A stretch of DNA of 63,077 bases, filler included, from Octopus bimaculoides (GCF_001194135.2; 7 parts of 6 records of this genome joined end to end with filler, not necessarily neighbours in it), one strand, 5' to 3'. Positions 37,270-50,692 are shown, counted from the first letter of the whole stretch. Notes: a model not told the origin generated them from the letters alone. Numbers and translations are program-made.

Positions 37270-40219
37270 CAGATTAAGGTGTTAGTTATGAGGGCACTAA
37301 CTGGCACTGTGTTAAATAACTGGTGGTGGGGTGCCCTCAAAAGAGCCGTTCTTATTGAGTTGATTAGATTTTTCAAGCAGTTAAGTTTAGAGTAGAAAGG
37401 GAATTAGTTAAGGCGTTAGAAGAGGTGCTGAGAGTGGGCTCTGCACTCCAAGTTTTGGCGGTGAGATCGGCCTTGGACTGACACCTCAATGCCAAGCACG
37501 AAGGATGCAGAGTCCGGGCTAAAGTACGTGCACTGGATCACAAGGGTATCAACGTTACTGGGTGGTCTCGCTCAGTAGAAACCCAATGTGGCGTGGATGC
37601 TATGATAAGGTCTGTGGTTAATGAACTTAGACAGGAGATCGAAGGACAGGAGGAGATGTGCAAGGCCTTTCATGAGCACTTTGCTGTGTTGTTCAGAAGG
37701 AGCGGGATGCTGGACCATGGGGATTTCCTGGCCAGTGGCCCGTGTCTTTCAACATGTAACACTGAGCGCTGTGAAAGGCCAATCACGGCTGAGGAGGTCA
37801 TAGAGGTGCTTTCCGAGTACCCCAGGGACAAGTTGCTGGGATTGGATGGTCTACCTTACAAATTTTATAAAAGTACGCCAGACTTATTTGGGAACATATT
37901 GGCTAGTGTTTACACAAAGTGGCAGCAGAATGGGAGAATTCCCAAACCTGTGAGCCGAGGAGTCATGATACTTATCAAGAAGGACCCGAGCAAGGGGGAT
38001 AACGTAAATAATTTTTGGCCCATAACTCTACTAAACACAGAGTTAAAGATTTTGGCCAAGGTGTTAGCCAAGAGAATGAAGATTGTTGTAGACCACATGG
38101 TGGGAGAGGCACAGACATGTGCCGTCCCAGGTAGGACGATATTCGACAACCTTCATCTCATACGCTACACCATAGAGAGGGTAGGTAAAGTTCCTGGCAA
38201 GGGTGGGGCACTGGTGAATTTAGACCAGTCTAAGGCATTTGATAGGGTCAACCATTGGTAGTTGGCAGCGGTCCTCCGGGTGGTTGGACTGGGCCCGACT
38301 TTCTGAGGCTGGATCGATGCTTTATATTGCAATATTGAATCTGTAGTCCGGGTGAATGGTTCTTCTCAAGCCTATCCATGATTGAACGTTCGGTTCGCCA
38401 GGGTTACCCCTTGTCCCCGCTCCTGCATGTATTGGCTCTTGAACCACTGCTGCGGAGATTGGGGATGATGGGAGGAGACCCACGTGATTTATATTATGGT
38501 AGAAGTGTGATGGCATATGCAGATGATGTTACTATCATCGTATCTGATGAAGGGCAGCTACCTTGTGTAGAAGATGTATCAAAGGATACGAAGTGGTGGC
38601 AAGGGCAAAAATTAACCAGGAAAAATCAGTAGGCTTGCAACTTGGTACCTGGCGTGGCAAGTGGATGCCTCCCAACAGCATCGTTGGACACTGGATGGAA
38701 GGCCTGGTTAAATTGCTTGGAATCTGGTTTGCATCAGATCTCCAGGTGGAGAAGAACTAGAGTGAGGTACCAAGTAAGGTGATGGCCATAACCCAGACCT
38801 GGTCTAGGAGGCCATTATCCTTGCTAGGGAAGACTGAGGTTGCACAGGTGTTTATAGCATCTGTGATAAACCATCGCCTGACTATCGTGCCTTGCCCTGG
38901 TTTGTGGCTGACCAAGATGGAACGGATCCTTTTCCACATTTTGTGGAAGGGGAAACCACCACTTGTGAGGTGCTCCATCTGCTGCCAGAAACCATTAAAG
39001 GGTGGGTTGAGGATGCCTTGGCTGATGATGCACAAGCATGCGTTGAGGCTGAGACACCTCTGGCACTAACTAGATGGTGAGCAGGTGTGATCACCGCAGC
39101 ATGCCAAGCAGCTTTTCCCACAATTGAAGTCCCTCTGGGACTTAGGTACATGGATCAAGTGGAGACCTAAGATGGGAAAATGGCAGAAAGAGTGCAGACA
39201 ATCACTTACTCTGTTCTCCCAAGCGAGCAATACCAGCAGTGAGGTTACCATTGCGGATTTCTATAGAGGGTTGGTGGAGTTTAAGTCCAATGACATACTG
39301 GGGGAGACTTTAGGCTTTGATGATGAGCAACTGGTCAACCTATTCAGAAGGACATTCGGGCCAAGGTATCTAGATAATTCTCAGAAATCCTTGGCTTGGT
39401 TGTGCTACCAATCAGTCTTACCAGTTCGAGAGAGGTTGTCTAGACACGGTTTCAACCCCCCCCCCACACACACACACATGTCCGAGGTGTGGGCACGTCA
39501 GTGAAATTGTCATTCACGCCTTCGTACACTGTGGGGAGTTGAAGGGGTTGATAGCCTATGTTGAACAACTGATGTTGGATGTGGAAGGAGTACAGCTCTC
39601 GACTGAGCCCATAGTTAAGATTGTACCGCCTCCCTCCCTGAACAAGGAAAGGAAGGCAGCCTTTCTCTGTGTAGTGGCCATACTGAAAGAGACAGTGTGG
39701 AGGACATGTACAAAAGCGATTGAGGTAGGCCACTTTATCTCTGGACAAGGGTTGGTAAGTTGGTTCAACTTCCACCATTTAAGGAAGATCCATCTGGAGA
39801 GAAAGTACCTGCCTCTCAGTGTGTATGAGAAAAGTTGGACAAATGTGGTAAGAAAGCTGAGTATGAATGGGGCCATGCTGGTGTAGCCAGTCAAATGGAA
39901 AAGAAGGAGGAAAACGTTTTCTTGCCCCCCAAAAAGGGGGAAAAAAGAAGAAAAATAGGGGGAAAAAAAACAAAGGTTCCAAATCGGGGGGTTGAAAATA
40001 AACCCGGAAAATATATATTTCAGTATTTTCTATTCATATACTTCACTAACATTAACTTCACTAACATTTTAAAACTCATACCATTTTTCATCACAGTTTT
40101 CATGTTTGTAACCCCAACACCACTACACCTTCCCCTGTAAGACTGTCTGCTGTTTGTCCCCGGCCCCTCCTTTTGTATTTTCTAAGTATGCCCTTATAGG
40201 CAATAAAGAAATTCATTCA
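37270..40219 (+). mobile_element. 5'-truncated Tx1/L1-clade LINE with disrupted ORF2
   Basis: RT motifs LDGLPYKFY, WPITLLNTELKILAK, DQSKAFDRV, RQGYPLSPLL, AYADDVT; several stops and frameshifts; 3' UTR ending AATAAAGAAATTCATTCA. The 5' boundary is approximate. Confidence 0.92.
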
Positions 40220-41098
40220 GTGCCTGTTGATTCTTCAACATGCATTGGGTCAGGTCGCCACACTTTATGCCCGCTCGTGGTCCCGTTTGCCTTTCTTACT
40301 TGGAGACATGTGACTGCAACCAGAACATATTCATGTAATGTTATAAGCTTCCTTCAATTAACTTTGTATGTTAATGCATTACCTCCAATAATAAGTTATG
40401 ACTTATTACAAGAGTCTCGTGAATTCTATTCTCTTGTTGTTATGAGCAAAACAGTGACTCCCTTTTCTCTCATACTGACTAAATTATAGTGTGTCATTAA
40501 GGCAACGTTACCACCAAAAATGATAACCCTGACACCATTATACAGTCATTCTAATGACTCTTTACTCAACCTAAGAGACAGTAACCACAGTCTGCAATTT
40601 GCAATAATGAACTCAGCAAGGTATATTTTCTCCACTTATAGCAGTTTATTTACAGAGCCTACTTAACCAACTATTTTGTAATAACTACAGAATTATACTT
40701 TCCAGTGTGTAAACTTTGTTGTTGCAGTTTTAATTCAAGACCAACATTAAAAATATTTTGTGTGGTGAAATGAAATTCTGTTAAATGTTCACAAGTATTA
40801 TGCATTCATTATACACAGCCTGAACACAACTCAACCACTAGCATCTCACATCTTTCATTCTATGACCATTGTGATGATTGGTAATCAGTTCTTGTGAAAT
40901 GTGTGTGTATATATGTATGCATGTGCATGAATATGCATAACTGTTGGCAGCCCATGGCTTGCCTTGAACAAAATGGGTGATGTGATGTTTATGTTGACAT
41001 TGTGACCTGTGCTTTCAAAAACCTGATGGCATAAAGATCTTCTTTACTTGAAACACAAGATTGGTGACAGGAAGAGCATTATCTGGCCATATAATCAA

Positions 41099-41512
41099 AG
41101 GCAATGAGCTGGTAGAATCGTTAGCATACCGAGTGAAATGCTTAGTGGTATTTCGTCTGCCGCTACGTTCTGAATTCAAATTCCGCCAAGGTCAACTTTG
41201 CCTTTCATCCTTTCGAAGTCGATAAATTAAGTACCAGTTATGCACTGGAGTAGATGTATCGACTTAATCCCTTTGTCTGTCCTTGTTTGTCCCCTCTGTG
41301 TCTGGCCCCCTGTGAGCAGTAAAGAAATAAGAAATGTTAGCACACCAGGCAAAATGCTTAGCAGTATTTCGTCTGTCTTTATGTTCTGAGTTCAAATTCC
41401 GCTGAGGTTGACTTTGCTTTTCATCCGTTCAGGGTCAATAAATTAAGTACCAGTTGCGTACTGAAGTTAATCTAATCNNNNNNNNNNGCCTTGTGCTTAA
41501 AGTAGAAAAGAA
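41099..41512 (+). mobile_element. SINE family A dimer
   Basis: Two head-to-tail units; the second lacks the A-box head and has a different tail. Confidence 0.88.
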
Positions 41513-41589
41513 TATAATCCTGCTTCAAATATATCTTCATCTAAACCCATGCTTTCATGGAAAAATGAATGTTAAACAAATGAAAAAAC

Positions 41590-41950
41590 AATACAGAATT
41601 ATCGTTTTTATAAGGCTGGGATGGATCATATCTGAAAGCAGCTCCTGGTGTTGTGAAGAACGAATTTGCCTGTAGTCTATTTCTGAGAGCTATATTGTAT
41701 TGGACATCTGTTTAATATAGCGTGCTAAACGTTGTTCTAGTGACTCAGCATTAAGTATTGCAGCATGCCTTAGCTGATCTTGGGAAAATCTCAACTCCTT
41801 TCTCTCTTGAGACTCCATTTGACGTGCTGCAGCATGCATCTGCTGACCCTGAGAAAGTCTCATCTCCTTTCCTTGTTGAGACACACGCCTTCGGTTTTCA
41901 GCAATCGTCCTCGCTTTATACGTGTTTCTGGCGAGAAACACGTCTTTTCT
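41590..41950 (-). pseudogene. Helitron Rep/helicase N-terminal fragment
   Basis: Repeats ESQERKELRFSQDQLRHAA / ESLEQRLAR, then AAFRYDPSQPYKNDNSV in a shifted frame. Confidence 0.65.
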
Positions 41951-42008
41951 TTGGTGGCATAATTTTTCAATATTGTAAAAAAAAAATTATGAACATTGAA
42001 AAAATATA

Positions 42009-42240
42009 TTGGGTTGTCTGGAAAGTTCGTGCCGATTTTTAAAGGAAAAAGAAAAAAAAATCAATAAATACTTGCCATTACATTTTTAATCAACCAAATA
42101 TGAACCATTTTGTTACACAATGCGTCTCCATCTCTCTTTTAACTTGAAAATAACCTCTTCCCAGAATTGAGGTGGTTTCATGGCAAGTAAGTCGAAAGGT
42201 AAGCTACTATAAATCGGCACAAACTTTCCGGACAACCCAA
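42009..42240 (-). mobile_element. mariner-derived MITE with TA target duplication
   Basis: TA|TTGGGTTGTCTGGAAAGTTCGTGCCGATTT ... AAATCGGCACAAACTTTCCGGACAACCCAA|TA; stub KLKERWRRIV on the minus strand. Confidence 0.9.
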
Positions 42241-42381
42241 TACATTAATCTCTATTTTTGTATGCAGTGTAAATTAACGAAATATAAGCAAATGAACGAA
42301 ATAGCACATGTATGGAACTGCTAATTTAACAGTAAATACCACAATAATTATTACAGAGAGACAAAGAATTTTATATTTTAC

Positions 42382-42411
42382 CTTGCAATTGCTGCGATGA
42401 TTATTAGCTGA
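42382..42411 (-). CDS. Possible exon 3' end emerging from a gap, ending in phase 2
   Basis: AG|gtaaaa donor; QLIIIAAIA(R) joins exon 35753 in frame. Confidence 0.25.
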
Positions 42412-43009
42412 NNNNNNNNNNNNNNNNNNNNNNNNNNNNNNNNNNNNNNNNNNNNNNNNNNNNNNNNNNNNNNNNNNNNNNNNNNNNNNNNNNNNNNNNN
42501 NNNNNNNNNNNNNNNNNNNNNNNNNNNNNNNNNNNNNNNNNNNNNNNNNNNNNNNNNNNNNNNNNNNNNNNNNNNNNNNNNNNNNNNNNNNNNNNNNNNN
42601 NNNNNNNNNNNNNNNNNNNNNNNNNNNNNNNNNNNNNNNNNNNNNNNNNNNNNNNNNNNNNNNNNNNNNNNNNNNNNNNNNNNNNNNNNNNNNNNNNNNN
42701 NNNNNNNNNNNNNNNNNNNNNNNNNNNNNNNNNNNNNNNNNNNNNNNNNNNNNNNNNNNNNNNNNNNNNNNNNNNNNNNNNNNNNNNNNNNNNNNNNNNN
42801 NNNNNNNNNNNNNNNNNNNNNNNNNNNNNNNNNNNNNNNNNNNNNNNNNNNNNNNNNNNNNNNNNNNNNNNNNNNNNNNNNNNNNNNNNNNNNNNNNNNN
42901 NNNNNNNNNNNNNNNNNNNNNNNNNNNNNNNNNNNNNNNNNNNATATATATATATATATATATATAGATTACTTGAAGTTTTTGATGATAAAGAGGAGGA
43001 TATAACATA

Positions 43010-43496
43010 AGATAATGTGGAGGACAACTGGAGGCTCCTATGGAACAACCTGTTGAGGGCTACTGACCAGATTTGTGGCTGCTGCAAAGTCCCCTCTCAA
43101 CCTAAGGTAACGTGGTGGTGGAACAATGTAGTTGACAGGGCCATTAGGGAAAAGAAACAGGCATATGGAAAGAATGGAAGTGTGTTGGTAGCAAGGAGCT
43201 GTATCAGATCGCCAAAAGGGAAGTTAGGAGACAGGTTTACTTACCCAGAGAGAAAGCAGATAAGAAAATATTTGCCAATGTTCTGCATCGTGAGAACCAG
43301 AGACTTGAAGTGTTTCATATTGCAAGACAGTGTGTGAGAGAGAATCATGATGTCATAGGAGAGAAATGTGTCCGCATGGATGATGGCTCAATTGCATTTA
43401 TTTTCATACATGAAAGAGTCATATCTAATGACAGGTGTAGCAGCACCATAGTCAACTGCTACAAAGGTGAAGGTGACACTTTAGATACAAATAATT
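43010..43496 (+). mobile_element. RTE-clade LINE, left piece (internally deleted)
   Basis: VEDNWRLLWNNLLRATDQICG..TWWWNN..., STIVNCYKGEGDTLDTNN. Confidence 0.85.
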
Positions 43497-44730
43497 TGTT
43501 GAGGCGAGACGGTTACAACGTTAACGTGACCCCTCCGCTCAAAATCACAAAAAGGATGAAAAGTAGAACAATAAGGTATAAAACGTACTCAATTAAGAAA
43601 GGGAAAATAGACCACATGATGACAGCACAGGTGGAGAAGGTGCTGAGGCCAACCTGGCAAGAAATATCATATCTTGCCAGAGGGCCGAAATTTGGTGAAA
43701 TAGAAGTGAGATTTAAACGAAGACATGGCAAAGAAGCATGCGGCAACATCATTGAAGGATGAAGAGCTTGTACTTCTACCCACATACCTGGGACGTAGAG
43801 CATCTCAAGTATGGGTAGAAGGAATTCCTCCAGAAATTGACGTAGCCTGGATAGCGGCTGCTGTTTTGGTCGAGACTGATGGCAAAATAGTAGTGCTCCA
43901 GGCAACTAAGTCAAAAAGTTCAAACTGGAAAGGCCAGGTCCTAAATATGATAGTGCAGGGTTCAAGTGAGGTGTTAGAAGAGATAGTGGAAACAATAACT
44001 CTTGATGAAGTTGTAATGAATGTAAGAGTGGAAGGCAGGATACCGCGCTGTTTCAAATGTGGTCAGAAGGACCACATAAGAGCGAAATGCCCTCCACTAG
44101 ATAAAAGAGAGGAAGAAATGCAACCTCCACCAGACAAAAGAGTGGAGGAAGTACAAGAAGAAAGCAGTAAGGCGAAAACGCAGGAGAGGCCTCGGGAAGA
44201 ACAGGAGGAGGAGGAACTGATTTCAGAAAAAGCGGAAGAATGGGAAAAGAGAAGAAAGAGAAGGAAGAGAAAAAAGGCAAGTCCAATACACTCAGAACTT
44301 CACACATCAACTACCCAAGGCCTGCCCGTACCCTCTATGTCCCACCCTCGCCCTGCAGACACCAAGCCTACCCATTCCCCTCCATCACAAAGACAAAAGA
44401 AGAGAGTACAGACAATGTTTCAACCCCCCCCCCTAGATGTTTTGTGTGTATAATTAATGACAAAGAACTGTTTGAAGAGGCTTTCGAATGGGATAATACA
44501 GAGCATGTTAGTACAGTAGATATGAACTATGTGCTACTATTATCGGCACAGCAAAGGATGTACATAGAGAGACATAATGTAGATTATGAAATGTGGGAAG
44601 TAAACCTTGATAGGGAGAAGCTACCACATTTTATTTGGTCTGACGATCTGACAGAGAGATTTGGGTTGGACATAATGGAGTATAGGGGAAAGGAAGCAAG
44701 TCGTGTTGTCTGATGGGGCGGGTAACACCA
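43497..44730 (+). mobile_element. 1.2-kb insertion encoding a gag/ORF1-like CCHC zinc-knuckle protein (two frameshifts)
   Basis: RIPRCFKCGQKDHIRAKCP knuckle, charged/basic linker; the RTE frame resumes immediately after (..RGITLLDQVMKVVERV). Confidence 0.75.
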
Positions 44731-46580
44731 TTTCCAGAGGTATCACATTGTTGGATCAGGTGATGAAAGTTGTGGAGAGGGTCACAGCCCAACTAATTAG
44801 GGAGAGAGTTAGTTTAGAGAAGATGTAGTTTGGGTTTGTGCCAGGGAAAAGTACCACTGATGTTATATTTCTGGTATAAGACAGCTGGAGGAGAAATTCC
44901 TAGCCAAAGATAAACCCATGTACTTGGCTTCTGTTGACATAAAGAAAGCCTTTCACAGAATCCCCCAATCTCTTATCTGGTGGTCAATGTAGAAACTAGG
45001 TATAGATGAGTAGTTGGTGATAGCTGTACAAGCCATGTACAGGGATGCTGTCAGTAAGGTGAGGGTTGGCAATGAGTATAGTGAAGAATTCTGGGTAGAA
45101 GTAGGGGTTCACCAAGGATCAGTCCTCAGACACTCTTATTCATCATAGTCCTCCAGGCAATAACAGAATTCATGACAGGCTGCCCCTGGGAGCTCCTCTA
45201 TGCTGATGACCTTGCTCTAATAGCTGAGTCACTACCAGAACTAGAAATGAAGTTTCAGGTGTGGAAGCAAGATCAAGAATCGAAGGGCTTTAGAGTTAAC
45301 CTAGCAAAAACCAAAGTCTTAGTAAGTAGGGAGGCAGACAAATCACAAATCCCTTCAGGTAGATGGCCCTGCTCGATCTGTAGAAAAGGTGTAGGTAGAA
45401 ACTCCATAAGATGTACCTGGTATAAACTATGGACACATAAGATGTGCAGCAATATCAAAGGAAGGTTAACTGGGAAGATAGTTTTTGAATGTGGCAGATG
45501 CACAGGTACAATAAACCCTAAAGATGTACAGAAAACAGATTCCATCACATGCCAGGGAGAAAAACTACAAGTGGTTGATAGCTTCCATTACCTAGGTGAC
45601 CAAGTCAGTAGCAGGGGTGGATGCTTTGAGAGCTTGGCTGCTAGAATAAGAATAGCCTGGGCAAAGTTCAGAGAGTTCGTAACTCTGCTGGTAACAAAGG
45701 GCCTCTCACTCAGAATGAAAGGCAGACAGTATGATGCATGTGTGTGAACAGCCATACTACACAGCAGTGAAACATGGGCTGTGATTACTGAAGACATGTG
45801 TAGGCTTGAAAGAAATGAAGCTAGTATGCTCCACTGGATGTGTAATGTGCATACACAAAAGAGTGTAAGCACCCTGAGAGAAAAACTGGACATAAGAAGC
45901 ATCAGATATGGTGTACAAGAGACGACTGCACTGGTATGGTCATATGTTGCATATGGATGAGGACAGCTATGTGAAGAATTATCACACCCTAATAGTGGAC
46001 GGAACCTGTTGAAGAGGTAGGCCCAGGAAGACATGGGATGAGATGGTGAAGCTTGACCTTTAAATGTTGGGCCTCACATAGGCAATGACAAGTGACTGAG
46101 ACCTTTGGATATATGCTGTGCTTGAGAAGACCTGACAAGCCAAGTGAGATTGTAGCCGTAGCCAATGCCAGTGTCGCATAACTAGCCTGTTTAAAAGTAT
46201 CCTTCAATCATTGGGCAAGATGCTCTGCTTGAGAAGACCTGTTGAGTCAAGTGAAATCGTAGTCACGGCCAATGCCAGTGCTGCCTGACTGGCACCTATG
46301 CCAGTGCCATGTAATAAGCACCATTCGAGCATGGCCAATGCCAGTACTGATGGCACATAAAAAGCGCCATTCAAGCATAGTCGATGCCAGTGCCACCTAA
46401 CTGGCCCTAATGCTGGTGGCACATAAAAAGTACCCATTACACTCTCAGAGTGGTTGGCATTAGGAAGGGCATCCAGCTGTAGAAACCTTGCTAGACTAGG
46501 TTGGAGCCAGTCCTCCGTCAAACTATCCAACCCATGCCAGCATTGAAAGTGGATGTTAAACGATGATAATGATGATATTG
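44731..46580 (+). mobile_element. RTE-clade LINE, right piece: RT, PHD-like finger, 3' UTR and (GAT)n tail
   Basis: HQGSVL, LLYADDL, DSFHYLG, RIRIAWAKF; disrupted by stops; tail AAACGATGATAATGATGAT. Confidence 0.9.
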
Positions 46581-46585
46581 ATATA

Positions 46586-46913
46586 TCTATATATATAAAA
46601 ATGAGAATGTGTGTCTGTCTGTCTGTCTGTCTGTCTGTGTGAATCCCTAAAACTCGAGAACTACGCAACCAATTTCATTCAAATTTTACACATGCCTTAC
46701 TTAGGGTTCCAGTTGTGTTTTAGTCAATAAAAATTATTAACTTCTTGCAGAGTTCGAACACACGGCAACATAATATCTCCTCCACTATTTAAGTATTACG
46801 TGTCAAAAGTGAAACAAAAACACTCATGTCAAATACTTTCACTTTAAAAATGAAACTATTCCACTAACTGAAACAATCACATTTCGATACTGTAGTGACA
46901 GATACTTTCACAG
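46586..46913 (+). mobile_element. Non-autonomous Helitron-like (HINE/DINE-type) 5' end
   Basis: TCTATATATATAAAAATGAG start, (GTCT)n, then AACTACGCAACCAATTTCATTCAAATTT. Confidence 0.6.
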
Positions 46914-46931
46914 AGAGAGAAAGAGAGAAAG

Positions 46932-46962
<31 letters not shown>

Positions 46963-47498
46963 TGTATNNNNNNNNNNNNNNNNNNNNNNNNNNNNNNNNN
47001 NNNNNNNNNNNTTAATTAATTAANNNNNNNNNNNNNNNNNNNNNNNNNNNNNNNNNNNNNNNNNNNNTATATATATAGATATATATAGATATGTTTATAT
47101 ATATGTATATATTTATATATATACATATATGTGTATATATATGTATATGTGTGTGTGTATACATACATGCATGTATATATACAGAGAGAAAGTAAAAAAG
47201 AAATGGATAAGTAGATAATGCATATACATACACACACGCACGTACGTTCGTACGTACATACATACAAACATGCATGCATGCATCCGTCCATCCATACATA
47301 CAAGCATGCAGACATACATACATATATACATACATACATACATACATACATGTACTCTCGCTTGCATATATACACATGTGGACACTACATAGTATATGGT
47401 GAAATATCGACCATTCAGCAAGAAGTCCTAAGCTTCTATTGAATTATAAAGATTGCGTATAATTATATGTATAATCAATAACCCTCCAAATCTGATAC

Positions 47499-47596
<98 letters not shown>

Positions 47597-48331
47597 CCAT
47601 TCGCACACATACATAATACACACACGCATACACACATGCTCACGTACATTTATGTATGTATATGTACATATGTATATATACACAAGCGAGAAAGAATTGT
47701 ATAAAGATATATGCATAAATTTCCATATGTGTAGCTATATATTCAGATGCTATAATTATCAATATATTAAAGTCTATTTGCATATGCCAACGCGTTGCAA
47801 TTCATACATTTCTCTTTGTATATATATATTTAGGTTCCCGATATGAACGACTGGTTAAGAAGTTCTCTTTGACATCATGAATTCCTGTTTTCTATCACTG
47901 TACATAGTCACTTGGGCAAGTGTGTTTTCCGATACTCTCGGCTTGACACATATCTAGTGAGTGAAAGATAGTGGAATGAAACTCCGTAGATATCTATATG
48001 GAAGACTTGCATTTGTAATTTAAAGGTCCTATCTAGTCATATATTGTATCAGGTTATTTAGATATATGGTGTACGTTAATGAAATGTATGTTGTGGAAAA
48101 CAGCTACTTCAATGCTAATTTAACAAGAGGGTAACTGAGTTGAGCTAACATCTGTATACCCATCAACGAAAACATAAAAGATCCATGAGTATATAGGGAT
48201 CAAACGAACAGTGAGAGAGATTTTACCTACCACTTTGTATATTGAAAATAATGATTAACAACCTGAATAGATTTTCAGCTTGGTTTCATCAGAGTTGTCT
48301 CAATCCTTTGGTCAATCCCCACAAAAAAAGC

Positions 48332-48393
<62 letters not shown>

Positions 48394-49035
48394 GTAGGCA
48401 TTCTGTTCATGCACACATCAAATCTAGTAGCTTCAAAGAACTGGACCTACTAATTTGCATACCATTGGTGTTTAAAACTTTATTTAATACCAGTGGCCTG
48501 TCAATGAGGTGCTCAGTTCACAATGCGTCAACGTATGATATGATATATGTAAGCCAACATAGTAGGCACTTATGCATAAATTACTGGTGTGCTAGCAGTG
48601 TTTATTTTTCATACTAATCTTTACTCTGGAGTAAACCCAAAAAATTCTAGCCATCAATGCATTTATACCTTATTCAGATTTGTTATATACATTAGACAGT
48701 CATAAAAGGTTGTCATGTTTATACAACCATACCGTGCGCATGCAATATTCAAGCAAAAAAAGGGAATCGACTTGATCCTTTCGTGTGTTTAACTCTCATA
48801 CCCAGTCACTTTCATTATATTAACTGCAACTCAAAATTACATTCAAAGCTCTCTCTTACTGTCCATGTTGAAGATGTATATACGTACATAACAGATGACT
48901 GTCTTATACATCAAATATATTTTGTATACATATGAATTCAATGATGGCTAAAATCTATATATATGTCTTAGTAGACACGTTACGTGTGATATTCTTCTAG
49001 CACATTAACAGTCCACCTAGTGGTCTTCTTTTTAT

Positions 49036-49087
<52 letters not shown>

Positions 49088-49515
49088 GGTGGGGTGGGGT
49101 TGATTGTATGTATGTGTGTGCATGTATATTTGATGTAAGCACATATATATACTTACACAAATATATGGATAAGCTCATACATATATATGCATTCTTAAGC
49201 AAGCCTATGTGTGAACAAACGCAGATATATATGTATGTATGCATGTATGTATGTAGGCATGGATATATGTATATATGAATGTATTATGCAGGTATGTCTG
49301 TATGTATGCACGTATGTATGTATGTATATATGTGTATGTGTATGCATGTATATACAGACAGACGGGAGGAAAGACAGATAGCTATATAGATAATAGATTT
49401 ACAAAACAGACTTAACCATAGCTGGGTGCACAAATATATGGCCATGAATGATTACACGCGTGTGTATACGTATGGTATTGCCAATGTACATGTGTGCGTG
49501 TATGTGTGTTTGTGC

Positions 49516-49560
<45 letters not shown>

Positions 49561-49834
49561 CGCGCGCGCATTTGGTTGTGGGTAATTGTATAAATATATC
49601 GGTGTCTATTCGACCATTGTGCAGTTTCCTCTCGATACTTGAAATATAATTTTTAACCAAACAGCTGTCAAAATCTAAAATATCGATTACATTTTGCTCT
49701 CATATCAATAATTTTTTATGCAATGATCCGTTCGTAAACTCGTAAACACTTTTCATACAATACTTTACCCCTAATTCTTCATATTTTTATTTCTTTTTTT
49801 CTTATTTTTCATCTTCCTATCATAAACAACATAC

Positions 49835-49908
49835 TTCGATCTGGGACTATTTCATTCTCTTTCTGTGCGTATGTATATCGGAGTTCTGTGACTGTCTGCC
49901 AAAAGACC
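49835..49908 (-). CDS. Candidate exon, 74 nt, phase 2 to 1
   Basis: tttctacacctctag| and A|gtatgt; only one frame open: (R)VFWQTVTELRYTYAQKENEIVPDR. Confidence 0.6.
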
Positions 49909-50268
49909 CTAGAGGTGTAGAAATGAATATAATACTTTCCCTTTTCTTTGACAAGTGATATAAAATTATTTGATATATCCATTAATGCATGCAAAAAATA
50001 CAAACATAGACAGACGCATACAAGCTCTCACATATACGCAGAACAGAAAGATTCACGCAGGCTTGTGTGTATGCATATGTAAGATACATATGTTACTTTT
50101 GTGCATACATATACATGTTTGTGTGTGCGTTCGTGCATGTGTGTGTGTGTGTGTGCATAAAAATATACTCATACCACCATTCAAAATTACGTACAAACGT
50201 ATATTGTAGCCTGGTATTCATGGTGATGCGAAACTTAAACCGCAAGAAATTCAATTCAAATAACCAAG

Positions 50269-50300
<32 letters not shown>

Positions 50301-50627
50301 GAAAGAGAGAGAGATAGCGAAAGAGAGAGCGGGAGAAAGGGACAGACAGACAGACTGACAGATAGTTAGACAGAATATTGTTTTATCCTTATATTATTAT
50401 AAATTATTTTACGTTAGATAATGTATACACACACACATATATAAATAAAACTCGTTTCATAAGCAGTTAAAGTGGTTGTAATGTAGAGTAAAAGAATCCT
50501 TTCTTATGGTACTGCCTACTTCTACCAATTCAGTGATATGAGAAAAAGATCTTGCTCGAAACGTCAAGCCTTCTCTTTTCCTCGTCGCAAACAAAATGTT
50601 TTTATACATGTGTGTATCTGTACATGT

Positions 50628-50692
<65 letters not shown>

